Below are positions 33,757 to 44,379 of a stretch of DNA of 44,988 nucleotides, one piece after another (within the stretch, counting starts at the first letter, position 1; every line of letters begins with the position of its first letter). Below the pieces are notes generated by a model. It was not told the DNA's origin, did no database searches, and saw only the letters and a program-made list of their open reading frames with translations. The translations under genes and the position numbers were made by a program. Source of the DNA: a virus (taxonomy: Duplodnaviria > Heunggongvirae > Uroviricota > Caudoviricetes); IMG/VR virus record IMGVR_UViG_643348544_000004. One strand, 5' to 3'.

Positions 33757-36349
33757 TTTTGCCGATCTGACAGCTGTTCTTACACTGGATTCAACCCGTT
33801 TTTCTGAAGAGGCTGCACGGGTAAAGAAAGAACTGGGTGAAACCAGTGACCTTGCGGATTTGATGGCCGGGCGTGTCAGCCAGTCTTTTAAGAAACAGGC
33901 CGCTGCTGTTGAGCAGGGGCTGAGCCGTCAGGCGCTGGCTGCACAAAAAGCCGGGATTTCCGTCGGGCAGTATAAAGCGGCCATGCGAACCCTGCCCGCA
34001 CAGTTTACGGATATCGCCACGCAGCTTGCCGGTGGTCAGAATCCCTGGCTGATCCTGCTGCAACAGGGCGGTCAGGTGAAGGACTCCTTCGGCGGGATGA
34101 TCCCCATGTTCAGGGGGCTTGCCGGTGCGATCACCCTGCCGATGGTCGGGGTCACCTCGCTGGCGGTGGCGACAGGTGCGCTGGTGTACGCCTGGTACCA
34201 GGGAGATTCCACGCTTTCAGCGTTTAATAAAACCCTGGTTCTTTCCGGTAATCAGTCCGGACTGACTGCCGATCGTATGCTGACTCTCTCAAGAGCCGGG
34301 CAGGCAGCAGGGCTGACGTTTAACCAGGCGAGAGAGTCACTGGCAGCCCTGGTGAATGCCGGTGTGCGTGGTGGTGAACAGTTTGATGCCATCAACCAGA
34401 GTGTCGCGCGTTTTGCGTCTGCATCCGGTGTGGAGGTGGATAAAGTCGCTGAAGCCTTCGGGAAGCTGACCACTGACCCGACGTCGGGACTGATGGCGAT
34501 GGCGCGCCAGTTCCGTAACGTGACGGCAGAGCAGATTGCGTATGTTGCACAGCTGCAGCGTTCCGGAGACGAGGCCGGGGCATTGCAGGCGGCGAACGAT
34601 ATCGCCACGAAAGGCTTTGATGAGCAGACCCGTCGCCTGAAAGAAAACATGGGAACACTGGAGACCTGGGCGGATAAAACAGGGAAGGCATTCAAATCGA
34701 TGTGGGATGCCATTCTGGATATCGGTCGTCCTGAATCCTCAGCGGATATGCTCGCCAGTGCGCAGAAGGCATTTGATGAGGCGGATAAAAAATGGCAGTG
34801 GTACCAGAGCCGGAGCCAGCGCCGGGGAAAGACCTCCTCTTTTCGTGCCAACCTTCAGGGCGCATGGGATGACCGGGAAAATGCCCGTCTGGGTCTGGCA
34901 GCGGCCACGCTGCAGTCGGATATGGAAAAAGCCGGTGAACTGGCGGCAAGGGACCGGGCTGAGCGTGAGGCGTCACAGCTGAAGTATACCGGAGAGGCGC
35001 AGAAGGCGTATGAGCGCCTGCTGACGCCACTGGAGAAATATACCGCCCGGCAGGAAGAGCTGAATAAGGCCCTGAAAGACGGGAAAATCCTGCAGGCGGA
35101 TTACAACACGCTGATGGCGTCGGCAAAAAAGGATTATGAGTCGACGCAGAAAAAGCCGTCCGGTGTGAAGGTGTCTGCCGGTGAGCGCCAGGAAGACCAG
35201 GCGCATGCAGCCCTGCTGGCGCTTGAAACTGAGCTCAGGACGCTGGAGAAGCACAGCGGTGCGAATGAAAAAATCAGCCAGCAGCGCCGTGATTTATGGA
35301 AAGCGGAAAATCAGTATGTGGTCCTGAAAGAGGCCGCCACGAAACGGCAGTTATCTGAGCAGGAAAAATCCCTGCTGGCTCATGAGAAAGAGACGCTGGA
35401 GTACAAACGCCAGCTGGCTGAGCTGGGAGACAAGATTGAACACCAGAAGCGGCTGAATGAGCTGGCACAGCAGGCGGCGCGGTTTGAACAGCAGCAAAGC
35501 GCGAAGCAGGCGGCAATCAGCGCAAAAGCCCGCGGCCTCACCGACCGTCAGGCGCAGCGGGAGTCGGAAGAGCAGCGCCTTCGTGAGGTGTACGGTGATA
35601 ATCCGGCTGCGCTGGCGAAGGCCACATCGGCACTGAAGAACACCTGGTCTGCGGAGGAGCAGCTTCGTGGAAGCTGGATGGCCGGGATGAAGTCCGGCTG
35701 GGGCGAGTGGGCGGAAAGTGCGACGGACAGTTTTTCGCAGGTTAAAAACGCGGCCACGCAGACCTTTGATGGTATTGCACAGAATATGGCGGCGATGCTG
35801 ACCGGCAGTGAACAGAACTGGCGCAGCTTCACCCGTTCCGTGCTGTCCATGATGACAGAAATTCTGCTTAAGCAGGCAATGGTGGGGATTGTCGGGAGTA
35901 TCGGCAGCGCTATTGGCGGGGCTGTTGGTGGCGGCGCATCCGCGTCAGGCGGTACAGCCATTCAGGCCGCTGCGGCGAAATTCCATTTTGCAACCGGAGG
36001 ATTTACGGGAACCGGCGGCAAATATGAGCCAGCGGGGATTGTTCATCGTGGTGAATTTGTCTTCACGAAGGAGGCAACCAGCCGGATTGGTGTCGGCAAC
36101 CTGTACCGCCTGATGCGGGGCTATGCGGAAGGTGGTTATGTGGGCGGTGCCGGAAGTCCGGCGCAGATGCGGCGGGCTGAAGGCATTAATTTTAATCAGA
36201 ACAATCACGTGGTGATTCAGAACGACGGTACGAATGGTCTGCCAGGTCCACAGATGATGAAGGCAGTGTATGACATGGCCCGCAAGGGTGCCCGTGATGA
36301 AATTCAGGCACAGATGCGCGATGGTGGTCTGTTCTCCGGAGGTGGATGA
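33746..36349 (+). CDS. H: Tail tape measure protein H, 867 aa
   Basis: Extensive identity to lambda gpH from memory; start MAGNFADL aligned to lambda MAEPVGDL. Confidence 0.9.
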   Translation: MAGNFADLTAVLTLDSTRFSEEAARVKKELGETSDLADLMAGRVSQSFKKQAAAVEQGLSRQALAAQKAGISVGQYKAAMRTLPAQFTDIATQLAGGQNPWLILLQQGGQVKDSFGGMIPMFRGLAGAITLPMVGVTSLAVATGALVYAWYQGDSTLSAFNKTLVLSGNQSGLTADRMLTLSRAGQAAGLTFNQARESLAALVNAGVRGGEQFDAINQSVARFASASGVEVDKVAEAFGKLTTDPTSGLMAMARQFRNVTAEQIAYVAQLQRSGDEAGALQAANDIATKGFDEQTRRLKENMGTLETWADKTGKAFKSMWDAILDIGRPESSADMLASAQKAFDEADKKWQWYQSRSQRRGKTSSFRANLQGAWDDRENARLGLAAATLQSDMEKAGELAARDRAEREASQLKYTGEAQKAYERLLTPLEKYTARQEELNKALKDGKILQADYNTLMASAKKDYESTQKKPSGVKVSAGERQEDQAHAALLALETELRTLEKHSGANEKISQQRRDLWKAENQYVVLKEAATKRQLSEQEKSLLAHEKETLEYKRQLAELGDKIEHQKRLNELAQQAARFEQQQSAKQAAISAKARGLTDRQAQRESEEQRLREVYGDNPAALAKATSALKNTWSAEEQLRGSWMAGMKSGWGEWAESATDSFSQVKNAATQTFDGIAQNMAAMLTGSEQNWRSFTRSVLSMMTEILLKQAMVGIVGSIGSAIGGAVGGGASASGGTAIQAAAAKFHFATGGFTGTGGKYEPAGIVHRGEFVFTKEATSRIGVGNLYRLMRGYAEGGYVGGAGSPAQMRRAEGINFNQNNHVVIQNDGTNGLPGPQMMKAVYDMARKGARDEIQAQMRDGGLFSGGG

Positions 36350-36678
36350 TGAAGACCTTCCGCTGGAAAGTGAAACCCGGTATGGATGTGGCTTCGGCCC
36401 CTTCTGTAAGAAAGGTGCGCTTTGGTGATGGCTATTCTCAGCGAGCGCCTGCCGGGCTGAATGCCAACCTGAAAACGTACAGCGTGACGCTTTCTGTCCC
36501 CCGTGAGGAGGCCACGGTACTGGAGTCGTTTCTGGAAGAGCACGGGGGCTGGAAAGCCTTTCTGTGGACGCCGCCTTATGAGTGGCGGCAGATAAAGGTG
36601 ACCTGCGCAAAATGGTCGTCGCGGGTCAGTATGCTGCGTGTTGAGTTCAGCGCAGAGTTTGAACAGGTGGTGAACTGA
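36346..36678 (+). CDS. M: Minor tail protein M, 110 aa
   Basis: MKTFRWKVKPGMDV... matches lambda gpM. Confidence 0.9.
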   Translation: MMKTFRWKVKPGMDVASAPSVRKVRFGDGYSQRAPAGLNANLKTYSVTLSVPREEATVLESFLEEHGGWKAFLWTPPYEWRQIKVTCAKWSSRVSMLRVEFSAEFEQVVN

Positions 36679-37376
36679 TGCAGGATATCCGGCAGGAAAC
36701 ACTGAATGAATGCACCGGTGCGGAGCAGTCGGCCAGCGTGGTGCTCTGGGAAATCGACCTGACAGAGGTCGGTGGAGAACGTTATTTTTTCTGTAATGAG
36801 CAGAACGAAAAAGGTGAGCCGGTCACCTGGCAGGGGCGACAGTATCAGCCGTATCCCATTCAGGGGAGTGGTTTTGAACTGAATGGCAAAGGCACCAGTA
36901 CGCGCCCCACGCTGACGGTTTCTAACCTGTACGGTATGGTCACCGGGATGGCGGAAGATCTGCAGAGTCTGGTCGGCGGAACGGTGGTCCGGCGTAAGGT
37001 TTACGCCCGTTTTCTGGATGCGGTGAACTTCGTCAACGGAAACAGTGACGCCGATCCGGAGCAGGAGGTGATCAGCCGCTGGCGCATCGAGCAGTGCAGC
37101 GAACTGAGCGCGGTGAGTGCCTCCTTTGTACTGTCCACGCCGACGGAAACGGATGGCGCTGTTTTTCCGGGGCGTATCATGCTGGCCAACACCTGCACCT
37201 GGACCTATCGCGGTGATGAGTGCGGTTATCACGGTCCGGCAGTCGCGGATGAATATGACCAGCCGACGTCCGATATCACGAAGGATAAATGCAGCAAATG
37301 CCTGAGCGGCTGTAAGTTTCGCAATAACGTCGGCAACTTTGGCGGCTTCCTTTCCATTAACAAACTTTCGCAGTAA
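36678..37376 (+). CDS. L: Minor tail protein L, 232 aa
   Basis: Matches lambda gpL (size, Cys-rich C-terminal CSKCLSGCKFRNN). Confidence 0.9.
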   Translation: MQDIRQETLNECTGAEQSASVVLWEIDLTEVGGERYFFCNEQNEKGEPVTWQGRQYQPYPIQGSGFELNGKGTSTRPTLTVSNLYGMVTGMAEDLQSLVGGTVVRRKVYARFLDAVNFVNGNSDADPEQEVISRWRIEQCSELSAVSASFVLSTPTETDGAVFPGRIMLANTCTWTYRGDECGYHGPAVADEYDQPTSDITKDKCSKCLSGCKFRNNVGNFGGFLSINKLSQ

Positions 37377-37380
37377 TCCC

Positions 37381-38124
37381 ATGACAGAGACAGAATCAGC
37401 GATTCTGGCGCACGCCCGGCGATGTGCGCCAGCGGAGTCGTGCGGCTTCGTGGTGAGAGCGCCGGAGGGGGAAAGATATTTTCCCTGCGTGAATATTTCC
37501 GGTGAGCCGGAGGATTATTTCCGGATGGCTCCGGAGGACTGGCTGCAGGCAGAAATGCAGGGTGAGATTGTGGCGCTGGTCCACAGCCACCCCGGTGGTC
37601 TGCCCTGGCTGAGTGAGGCTGACCGGCGGCTGCAGGTGCAGAGTGATTTGCCGTGGTGGCTGGTCTGCCGGGGGACGATTCATAAGTTCCGCTGTGTGCC
37701 GCATCTCACCGGGCGGCGCTTTGAGCACGGGGTGACGGACTGTTACACGCTGTTCCGGGATGCTTATCATCTGGCGGGGATTGAGATGCCGAATTTTCAT
37801 CGCGGGGATGACTGGTGGCGTCACGGTCAGAATCTCTATCTTGACAATATGGAGGCTACTGGTTTTTACCGTGTCGCACTGACAGAGGCGCAGCCGGGCG
37901 ATGTGCTGCTGTGCTGTTTTGGTTCATCGGTGCCGAATCATGCCGCCATTTACTGTGGTGACGGCGAGCTGCTGCACCATATTCCTGAACAACTGAGCAA
38001 ACGAGAGAGGTATACCGACAAATGGCAGCGACGCACACACTCCCTCTGGCGTCACCGGGCATGGCGCGCATCTGCCTTTACGGGGATTTACAACGATTTG
38101 GTCGCCGCATCGACCTTCGTGTGA
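37381..38124 (+). CDS. K: Tail assembly protein K (JAB/MPN + NlpC/P60 domains), 247 aa
   Basis: MTETESAILAHARRCAPAESCGFVV... and HSHPGG motif match lambda gpK. Confidence 0.9.
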   Translation: MTETESAILAHARRCAPAESCGFVVRAPEGERYFPCVNISGEPEDYFRMAPEDWLQAEMQGEIVALVHSHPGGLPWLSEADRRLQVQSDLPWWLVCRGTIHKFRCVPHLTGRRFEHGVTDCYTLFRDAYHLAGIEMPNFHRGDDWWRHGQNLYLDNMEATGFYRVALTEAQPGDVLLCCFGSSVPNHAAIYCGDGELLHHIPEQLSKRERYTDKWQRRTHSLWRHRAWRASAFTGIYNDLVAASTFV

Positions 38125-38693
38125 AAACGGGGGCTGAAGCCATCCGGGCACTGGCCACACAGCTCCCGGCGTTTCGTCAGAAACTGAGCGACGGCTGGTA
38201 TCAGGTACGGATTGCCGGGCGGGACGTCAGCACGTCCGGGTTAACGGCGCAGTTACATGAGACTCTGCCTGATGGCGCTGTGATTCATATTGTTCCCAGA
38301 GTCGCCGGGGCCAAGTCAGGTGGTGTATTCCAGATTGTCCTGGGGGCAGCCGCCATTGCCGGATCATTCTTTACCGCCGGAGCCACCCTTGCAACATGGG
38401 GGGCTGCCATTGGTGCCGGTGGTATGACCGGCATTCTGTTTTCTCTCGGTGCCAGTATGGTGCTCGGCGGTGTGGCTCAGATGCTGGCACCGAAAGCCAG
38501 AACTCCCCGCACACAGACAACGGATAACGGTAAGCAGAACACCTATTTCTCGTCACTGGATAACATGGTTGCCCAGGGCAATGTCCTGCCTGTTCTGTAC
38601 GGTGAAATGCGCGTGGGGTCACGTGTGGCATCTCAGGAGATCAGCACGGCAGATGAAGGGGACGGTGGTCAGGTTGTGGTGATTGGTCGATGA
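38022..38693 (+). CDS. I: Tail assembly protein I, 223 aa
   Basis: Near-identical to lambda gpI by recollection; overlaps K 3' end as in lambda. Confidence 0.85.
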   Translation: MAATHTLPLASPGMARICLYGDLQRFGRRIDLRVKTGAEAIRALATQLPAFRQKLSDGWYQVRIAGRDVSTSGLTAQLHETLPDGAVIHIVPRVAGAKSGGVFQIVLGAAAIAGSFFTAGATLATWGAAIGAGGMTGILFSLGASMVLGGVAQMLAPKARTPRTQTTDNGKQNTYFSSLDNMVAQGNVLPVLYGEMRVGSRVASQEISTADEGDGGQVVVIGR

Positions 38694-38753
38694 TGCAAAA
38701 TATTTTATGTGAAACCGCCTGCGGGCGGTTTTGTCGTTTATGGAGCATGACGA

Positions 38754-41700
38754 ATGGGTAAAGGCAGCAGTAAGGGGCATACCCCGCGCGAAGCGAAGGA
38801 CAACCTGAAATCCACGCAATTACTGAGTGTGATCGATGCCATCAGCGAAGGGCCGATTGAAGGTCCGGTGGAGGGATTAAAAAGTGTGCTGCTGAACAGT
38901 ACACCGGTGCTGGACAGTGAGGGGAATACCAACATCTCCGGTGTTACGGTGGTGTTCCGGGCAGGTGAGCAGGAGCAGTCACCGCCGGAGGGATTTGAAT
39001 CCTCCGGCTCCGAGACGGTGCTGGGTACGGAAGTGAAATATGACACGCCGATCACCCGGACCATCACGTCGGCAAACATCGACCGTCTGCGCTTTACCTT
39101 CGGTGTACAGGCACTGGTGGAAACCACCTCAAAGGGAGACAGGAATCCGTCGGAAGTTCGCCTGCTGGTTCAGATACAGCGTAACGGTGGCTGGGTGACG
39201 GAAAAAGACATCACCATTAAGGGCAAAACCACCTCGCAGTATCTGGCCTCGGTGGTGGTGGATAACCTGCCTCCGCGCCCGTTCAATATCCGGATGCGCA
39301 GGATGACACCGGACAGCACCACAGACCAGCTGCAGAACAAAACGCTCTGGTCGTCATACACCGAAATCATCGATGTGAAACAGTGCTACCCGAACACGGC
39401 ACTGGTCGGCGTGCAGGTGGATTCGGAGCAGTTCGGCAGCCAGCAGGTGAGCCGTAATTATCATCTGCGCGGGCGTATTCTGCAGGTGCCGTCGAATTAT
39501 AACCCGCAGACGCGGCAATACAGCGGTATCTGGGACGGAACGTTTAAACCGGCATACAGCAACAACATGGCCTGGTGTCTGTGGGATATGCTGACCCACC
39601 CGCGCTACGGCATGGGGAAACGTCTTGGTGCGGCAGATGTGGATAAATGGGCGCTGTATGTTATCGGCCAGTACTGCGACCAGTCGGTGCCGGATGGTTT
39701 TGGTGGCACGGAGCCGCGCATCACCTGTAACGCTTACCTGACCACACAGCGCAAGGCGTGGAATGTGCTCAGTGATTTCTGCTCGGCGATGCGCTGTATG
39801 CCGGTATGGAACGGGCAGACGCTGACGTTCGTGCAGGACCGACCGTCGGATAAGGTGTGGACCTATAACCGCAGTAATGTGGTGATGCCGGATGATGGCG
39901 CGCCGTTCCGCTACAGCTTCAGCGCCCTGAAGGACCGCCATAATGCCGTTGAGGTGAACTGGATTGACCCGGATAACGGCTGGGAAACGGCAACAGAGCT
40001 TGTGGAGGACACGCAGGCCATTGCCCGTTACGGTCGTAACGTCACGAAGATGGATGCCTTTGGCTGTACCAGCCGGGGGCAGGCACACCGCGCCGGGCTG
40101 TGGCTGATTAAAACGGAACTGCTGGAAACGCAGACCGTGGATTTCAGCGTGGGCGCAGAAGGGCTTCGCCATGTACCGGGCGATGTTATTGAAATCTGTG
40201 ATGATGACTATGCCGGTATCAGCACCGGTGGTCGTGTGCTGGCGGTGAACAGCCAGACCCGGACGCTGACGCTCGACCGTGAAATCACGCTGCCATCCTC
40301 CGGTACCACGCTGATAAGCCTGGTTGACGGAAGTGGCAATCCGGTCAGCGTGGAGGTTCAGTCCGTCACCGACGGCGTGAAGGTGAAAGTGAGCCGTGTT
40401 CCTGACGGCGTTGCAGAATACAGCGTATGGGGACTGAAGCTGCCGACGTTGCGCCAGCGCCTGTTCCGCTGCGTGAGTATCCGTGAGAACGACGACGGCA
40501 CGTATGCCATCACCGCCGTGCAGCATGTACCGGAAAAAGAAGCCATCGTGGATAACGGGGCGCACTTTGACGGCGACCAGAGTGGCACGGTGAATGGTGT
40601 CACGCCGCCAGCGGTGCAGCACCTGGCCGCAGAAGTCACTGCAGACAGCGGGGAATATCAGGTGCTGGCGCGATGGGACACACCGAAGGTGGTGAAGGGC
40701 GTGAGCTTCCTGCTCCGTCTGACCGTAACAGCGGACGACGGCAGTGAGCTGCTGGTCAGCACGGCCCGGACGACGGAAACCACATACCGCTTCAGGCAAC
40801 TGGCGCTGGGGCGTTACACGCTGACGGTCCGGGCGGTAAATGCGTGGGGGCAGCAGGGCGATCCGGCATCGGTATCGTTCCGGATTGCGGCACCGGCAGC
40901 GCCTGTCACTATTGAACTGATACCAGGGTATTTTCAGATAACAGCGGTCCCGAAACTGGCTGTATATGACCCGACGGTGCAGTTTGAGTTCTGGTTCTCG
41001 GAAAAGCGTATTATCGATATCAGGCAGGTTGAAACCAGCGCGCGTTATCTTGGTACGGCGCTGTACTGGATAGCCGCCAGTAGCAATATTAAGCCGGGTT
41101 ATGATTATTACTTTTATATCCGCAGCGTGAACACCGTTGGTAAATCGGCATTTGTGGAGGCCGTTGGTCGGGCGAGCGATGATGCGGAAGGTTATCTGAA
41201 TTTTTATAAAGGGTTGATCAATAAAACGCATCTCGGCAAGGAACTGCTGGAAAACTTTGAGCTGACGGAAGATAACGCCAGCAAACTGGAGGAGTTTTCG
41301 AAAGAGTGGAAGGACGCCAACGATAAATGGAATGCCATGTGGGGCGTCAAAATTGAGCAGACCAAAGACGGCAAACATTATGTCGCGGGGCTTGGCCTCA
41401 GCATGGAGGATACGGAGGAAGGCAAACTGAGCCAGTTCCTGGTTGCCGCTAACCGTATCGCGTTTATTGACCCGGCAAACGGGAATGAAACGCCGATGTT
41501 TGTGGCGCAGGGCAACCAGATATTCATGAACGACGTGTTCCTGAAGCGCCTGACGGCCCCCACCATTACCAGCGGCGGTAATCCTCCGGCATTTTCCCTG
41601 ACACCGGACGGGCGGCTGACGGCGAAAAATGCCGATATCAGCGGTAACGTGAATGCGAACTCCGGGACGCTCAACAACGTCACGATTAACGAGAACTGCC

Positions 41701-42149
41701 GGGTTCTGGGAAAACTGTCCGCGAACCAGATTGAAGGCGATCTCGTTAAAACAGTGGGCAAAGCTTTCCCCCGTGACTCCCGGGCACCGGAGCGGTGGCC
41801 ATCAGGGACCATTACCGTCAGGGTTTATGACGATCAGCCGTTTGACCGGCAAATTGTTATTCCGGCTGTGGCATTCAGTGGCGCTAAGCATGAGAGAGAG
41901 CATACTGATATTTACTCCTCATGCCGTCTGATAGTGCGGAAAAACGGTGCTGAAATTTATAACCGTACCGCGCTGGATAATACGCTGATTTACAGTGGCG
42001 TTATTGATATGCCTGCCGGTCACGGTCACATGACACTGGAGTTTTCGGTGTCAGCATGGCTGGTAAATGGCTGGTATCCCACAGCAAGTATCAGCGATTT
42101 GCTGGTTGTTGTGATGAAGAAAGCCACTGCAGGCATCACGATTAGCTGA
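38754..42149 (+). CDS. J: Host-specificity central tail fibre protein J, 1131 aa
   Basis: Size and sequence of lambda gpJ. Confidence 0.9.
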   Translation: MGKGSSKGHTPREAKDNLKSTQLLSVIDAISEGPIEGPVEGLKSVLLNSTPVLDSEGNTNISGVTVVFRAGEQEQSPPEGFESSGSETVLGTEVKYDTPITRTITSANIDRLRFTFGVQALVETTSKGDRNPSEVRLLVQIQRNGGWVTEKDITIKGKTTSQYLASVVVDNLPPRPFNIRMRRMTPDSTTDQLQNKTLWSSYTEIIDVKQCYPNTALVGVQVDSEQFGSQQVSRNYHLRGRILQVPSNYNPQTRQYSGIWDGTFKPAYSNNMAWCLWDMLTHPRYGMGKRLGAADVDKWALYVIGQYCDQSVPDGFGGTEPRITCNAYLTTQRKAWNVLSDFCSAMRCMPVWNGQTLTFVQDRPSDKVWTYNRSNVVMPDDGAPFRYSFSALKDRHNAVEVNWIDPDNGWETATELVEDTQAIARYGRNVTKMDAFGCTSRGQAHRAGLWLIKTELLETQTVDFSVGAEGLRHVPGDVIEICDDDYAGISTGGRVLAVNSQTRTLTLDREITLPSSGTTLISLVDGSGNPVSVEVQSVTDGVKVKVSRVPDGVAEYSVWGLKLPTLRQRLFRCVSIRENDDGTYAITAVQHVPEKEAIVDNGAHFDGDQSGTVNGVTPPAVQHLAAEVTADSGEYQVLARWDTPKVVKGVSFLLRLTVTADDGSELLVSTARTTETTYRFRQLALGRYTLTVRAVNAWGQQGDPASVSFRIAAPAAPVTIELIPGYFQITAVPKLAVYDPTVQFEFWFSEKRIIDIRQVETSARYLGTALYWIAASSNIKPGYDYYFYIRSVNTVGKSAFVEAVGRASDDAEGYLNFYKGLINKTHLGKELLENFELTEDNASKLEEFSKEWKDANDKWNAMWGVKIEQTKDGKHYVAGLGLSMEDTEEGKLSQFLVAANRIAFIDPANGNETPMFVAQGNQIFMNDVFLKRLTAPTITSGGNPPAFSLTPDGRLTAKNADISGNVNANSGTLNNVTINENCRVLGKLSANQIEGDLVKTVGKAFPRDSRAPERWPSGTITVRVYDDQPFDRQIVIPAVAFSGAKHEREHTDIYSSCRLIVRKNGAEIYNRTALDNTLIYSGVIDMPAGHGHMTLEFSVSAWLVNGWYPTASISDLLVVVMKKATAGITIS

Positions 42150-42216
42150 ATTTTATAACCCAGATACGGGCACCAGAAATGGTGCCTTTTTTATTGCAGA
42201 AAAGCGAGAGGTAATT

Positions 42217-42816
42217 ATGCGTAAATTATGTGCTGTTATTTTGTCCGCAGTAGTCTGGCTGGTTGCCGCTGGTACGCCAGCGAGCGCAGCAGAGCATCAG
42301 TCCACACTAAGCGCCGGGTATCTTCAGACCCATACTGATATGCCAGGCAGTGATGACCTGAAGGGCATTAACGTGAAATACCGTTATGAATTTACGGACA
42401 CGCTGGGGCTGGTGACGTCATTCAGTTATGCCAATGCCAAAGATGAGCAAAAAACGCATTACAGCGATACCCGCTGGCATGAAGATTCCGTGCGTAACCG
42501 CTGGTTCAGCGTGATGGCGGGGCCGTCTGTACGCGTGAATGAATGGTTCAGCGCGTATTCGATGGCGGGTGTGGCTTACAGCCGTGTGTCGACTTTCTCC
42601 GGGGATTATCTCCGCGTAACTGACAACAAGGGGAAAACGCACGATGTGCTGACCGGAAGTGATGACGGTCGCCACAGCAACACGTCTCTGGCGTGGGGGG
42701 CTGGCGTGCAGTTTAACCCGACCGAATCCGTGACCATTGACCTTGCTTATGAAGGTTCCGGTAGTGGCGACTGGCGAACGGATGCATTTATTGTTGGTAT
42801 CGGATACCGTTTCTGA
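42217..42816 (+). CDS. lom: Lom-like outer-membrane beta-barrel protein (Ail/Lom family), 199 aa
   Basis: Signal peptide, alternating beta-strand pattern, C-terminal GIGYRF; position after J. Confidence 0.85.
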   Translation: MRKLCAVILSAVVWLVAAGTPASAAEHQSTLSAGYLQTHTDMPGSDDLKGINVKYRYEFTDTLGLVTSFSYANAKDEQKTHYSDTRWHEDSVRNRWFSVMAGPSVRVNEWFSAYSMAGVAYSRVSTFSGDYLRVTDNKGKTHDVLTGSDDGRHSNTSLAWGAGVQFNPTESVTIDLAYEGSGSGDWRTDAFIVGIGYRF

Positions 42817-42921
42817 CAACAGACGCCGATTTATCTTCTGTAAATATTGTTATGATACGCAGGTTCATCCACCTTATGGGGTGAACTGCGTTTGAGGAAA
42901 CGTAAAGTTACACTGTCCTGA

Positions 42922-42953
42922 AGCCCGTGGCGTCACTGCTGCGGGCTTTTTTT
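42922..42953 (+). terminator. Rho-independent terminator between lom and stf
   Basis: AGCCCG...CGGGCT hairpin followed by TTTTTTTA. Confidence 0.45.
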
Positions 42954-42967
42954 ATTGGTGGAAAAGT

Positions 42968-44371
42968 ATGACAGTAAAAATTTCTGGCGTGCTTAAAGAT
43001 GGCACAGGAAAACCAGTACAGAACTGCACCATTGTGCTGAAGGCCAGACGAACCAGCAGCACGGTGGTGGTGAACACGGTGGCCTCTGAAAATCCGGATG
43101 AAGCCGGACGTTACAGCATGGATGTTGAGCATGGTCAGTACAGCGTCACCCTGCTGGTTGAAGGTTTTCCGCCTTCACATGCCGGGACCATCACCGTGTA
43201 TGAAGATTCCCGACCCGGTACGCTGAATGATTTTCTCGGTGCCATGACGGAGGATGATGCCCGTCCTGAGGCACTGCGCCGTTTTGAACTGATGGTGGAA
43301 GAGGTGGTGCGTAACGCAGAGGAGGCGAAGAAGAATGCCGGAGAGGCGGAGACGTCAGCGAGGAATGCCGGCATATCAGCCAGTCAGGCAGAAGAGAGCG
43401 CTGCAAATGCTGACACTTCAGCAGGGGATGCATCGGAGTCAGCCCGGCAGGCGGCAGAAAGTGCAGCCTCAGCAAAGCAGTCAGAGGAGGCGTCCTCGTC
43501 CTCGGCCTCTGCGGCCGCTCAAAAAGCCAGTGAGTCATTACAAAGTGCAACAGATGCTGAGTTGTCAAAAAAGACGGCAGAAAGTGCAGCCGGTAATGCA
43601 GCCAGGGATGCAACGACCGCAACAGAAAAAGCCCGGGAGTCAGCAGAAAGCGCACAGTCAGCGGAACAAAGCAGGATAGCGGCGGAAGAGGCCGTAAACC
43701 GAATCCCCACCGTGGTGGGACCTCCCGGGCCAAAGGGGGAACCGGGGCCCGCGGGTCCTCAGGGGCCGAAGGGAGATAAAGGAGAGCGTGGCGACACCGG
43801 CCCGGCAGGGGCAACCGGTGAACGGGGGCCGGCAGGTGATGCTGGTCCGGCAGGCCCGCAGGGGCCGAAAGGCGACAGGGGAGAGACCGGTCTGACGGGA
43901 AATGCAGGTCCTCAGGGACCTAAAGGGGATGCGGGAGCTGCAGGCCCGGCAGGGCCACAGGGACCGAAAGGGGATACGGGAGCTGCAGGGCCGGCAGGGC
44001 CACAGGGACCGAAAGGGGATACGGGAGCTGCAGGCCCGGCAGGGCCACAGGGACCGAAAGGGGATGCAGGAGTCGCAGGTCCGGCAGGACCACAGGGACC
44101 ATCCGGAAGCCCTGACAGCGGGCTGTTTGGTGTCGGTTCTTTTGTTCTTGCGGCGTATTACCAGACGTATTATTCGGGGGACCGTGCCCCTGGCTCAACT
44201 GTTGCCGGGTCATCACTGTCTGCATGCTGCCTTTCGAATGGTACTCCCCTGGTTGCTTCCGGTAATGTGGGGGAGACCCGTTTACCGGGCACGTGGCGTG
44301 CATGTGGTCCGATGCTATGGACATCATCTCCGGGTATCAGACAGGCAGGATTATTTCAGCGCATATCATAG
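42968..44371 (+). CDS. stf: Side tail fibre protein with collagen-like Gly-X-Y repeat domain, 467 aa
   Basis: N-terminus [27 protein letters not shown]... matches lambda Stf N-terminus; central run of about 45 Gly-X-Y triplets; divergent C-terminus. Confidence 0.75.
   Translation: MTVKISGVLKDGTGKPVQNCTIVLKARRTSSTVVVNTVASENPDEAGRYSMDVEHGQYSVTLLVEGFPPSHAGTITVYEDSRPGTLNDFLGAMTEDDARPEALRRFELMVEEVVRNAEEAKKNAGEAETSARNAGISASQAEESAANADTSAGDASESARQAAESAASAKQSEEASSSSASAAAQKASESLQSATDAELSKKTAESAAGNAARDATTATEKARESAESAQSAEQSRIAAEEAVNRIPTVVGPPGPKGEPGPAGPQGPKGDKGERGDTGPAGATGERGPAGDAGPAGPQGPKGDRGETGLTGNAGPQGPKGDAGAAGPAGPQGPKGDTGAAGPAGPQGPKGDTGAAGPAGPQGPKGDAGVAGPAGPQGPSGSPDSGLFGVGSFVLAAYYQTYYSGDRAPGSTVAGSSLSACCLSNGTPLVASGNVGETRLPGTWRACGPMLWTSSPGIRQAGLFQRIS
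43924..44103. repeat. Tandem 45-bp repeats (about 4 copies) encoding [15 protein letters not shown] collagen-like units in stf
   Basis: Read directly from sequence; produces many spurious overlapping ORFs on both strands. Confidence 0.75.
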
Positions 44372-44379
44372 AGGAGGTC

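Noticed and set aside
34252-36610. Several 100-220-aa minus-strand ORFs inside the tape measure gene H
   Set aside because: Antisense to a strongly supported gpH homolog; Pro/Arg/Ala-rich low-complexity translations.
36576-37382. 268-aa minus-strand ORF overlapping the M and L genes
   Set aside because: Antisense to well-supported gpM and gpL; no RBS context or homology.
39354-41378. 674-aa ORF on the minus strand inside the J gene
   Set aside because: Entirely antisense to the strongly supported gpJ homolog; Arg/His-rich composition typical of antisense frames of GC-rich coding DNA.
43191-44327. Multiple ORFs on both strands within the stf collagen-repeat region
   Set aside because: Generated by the tandem 45-bp repeats; they overlap the in-frame Gly-X-Y tail-fibre reading frame.
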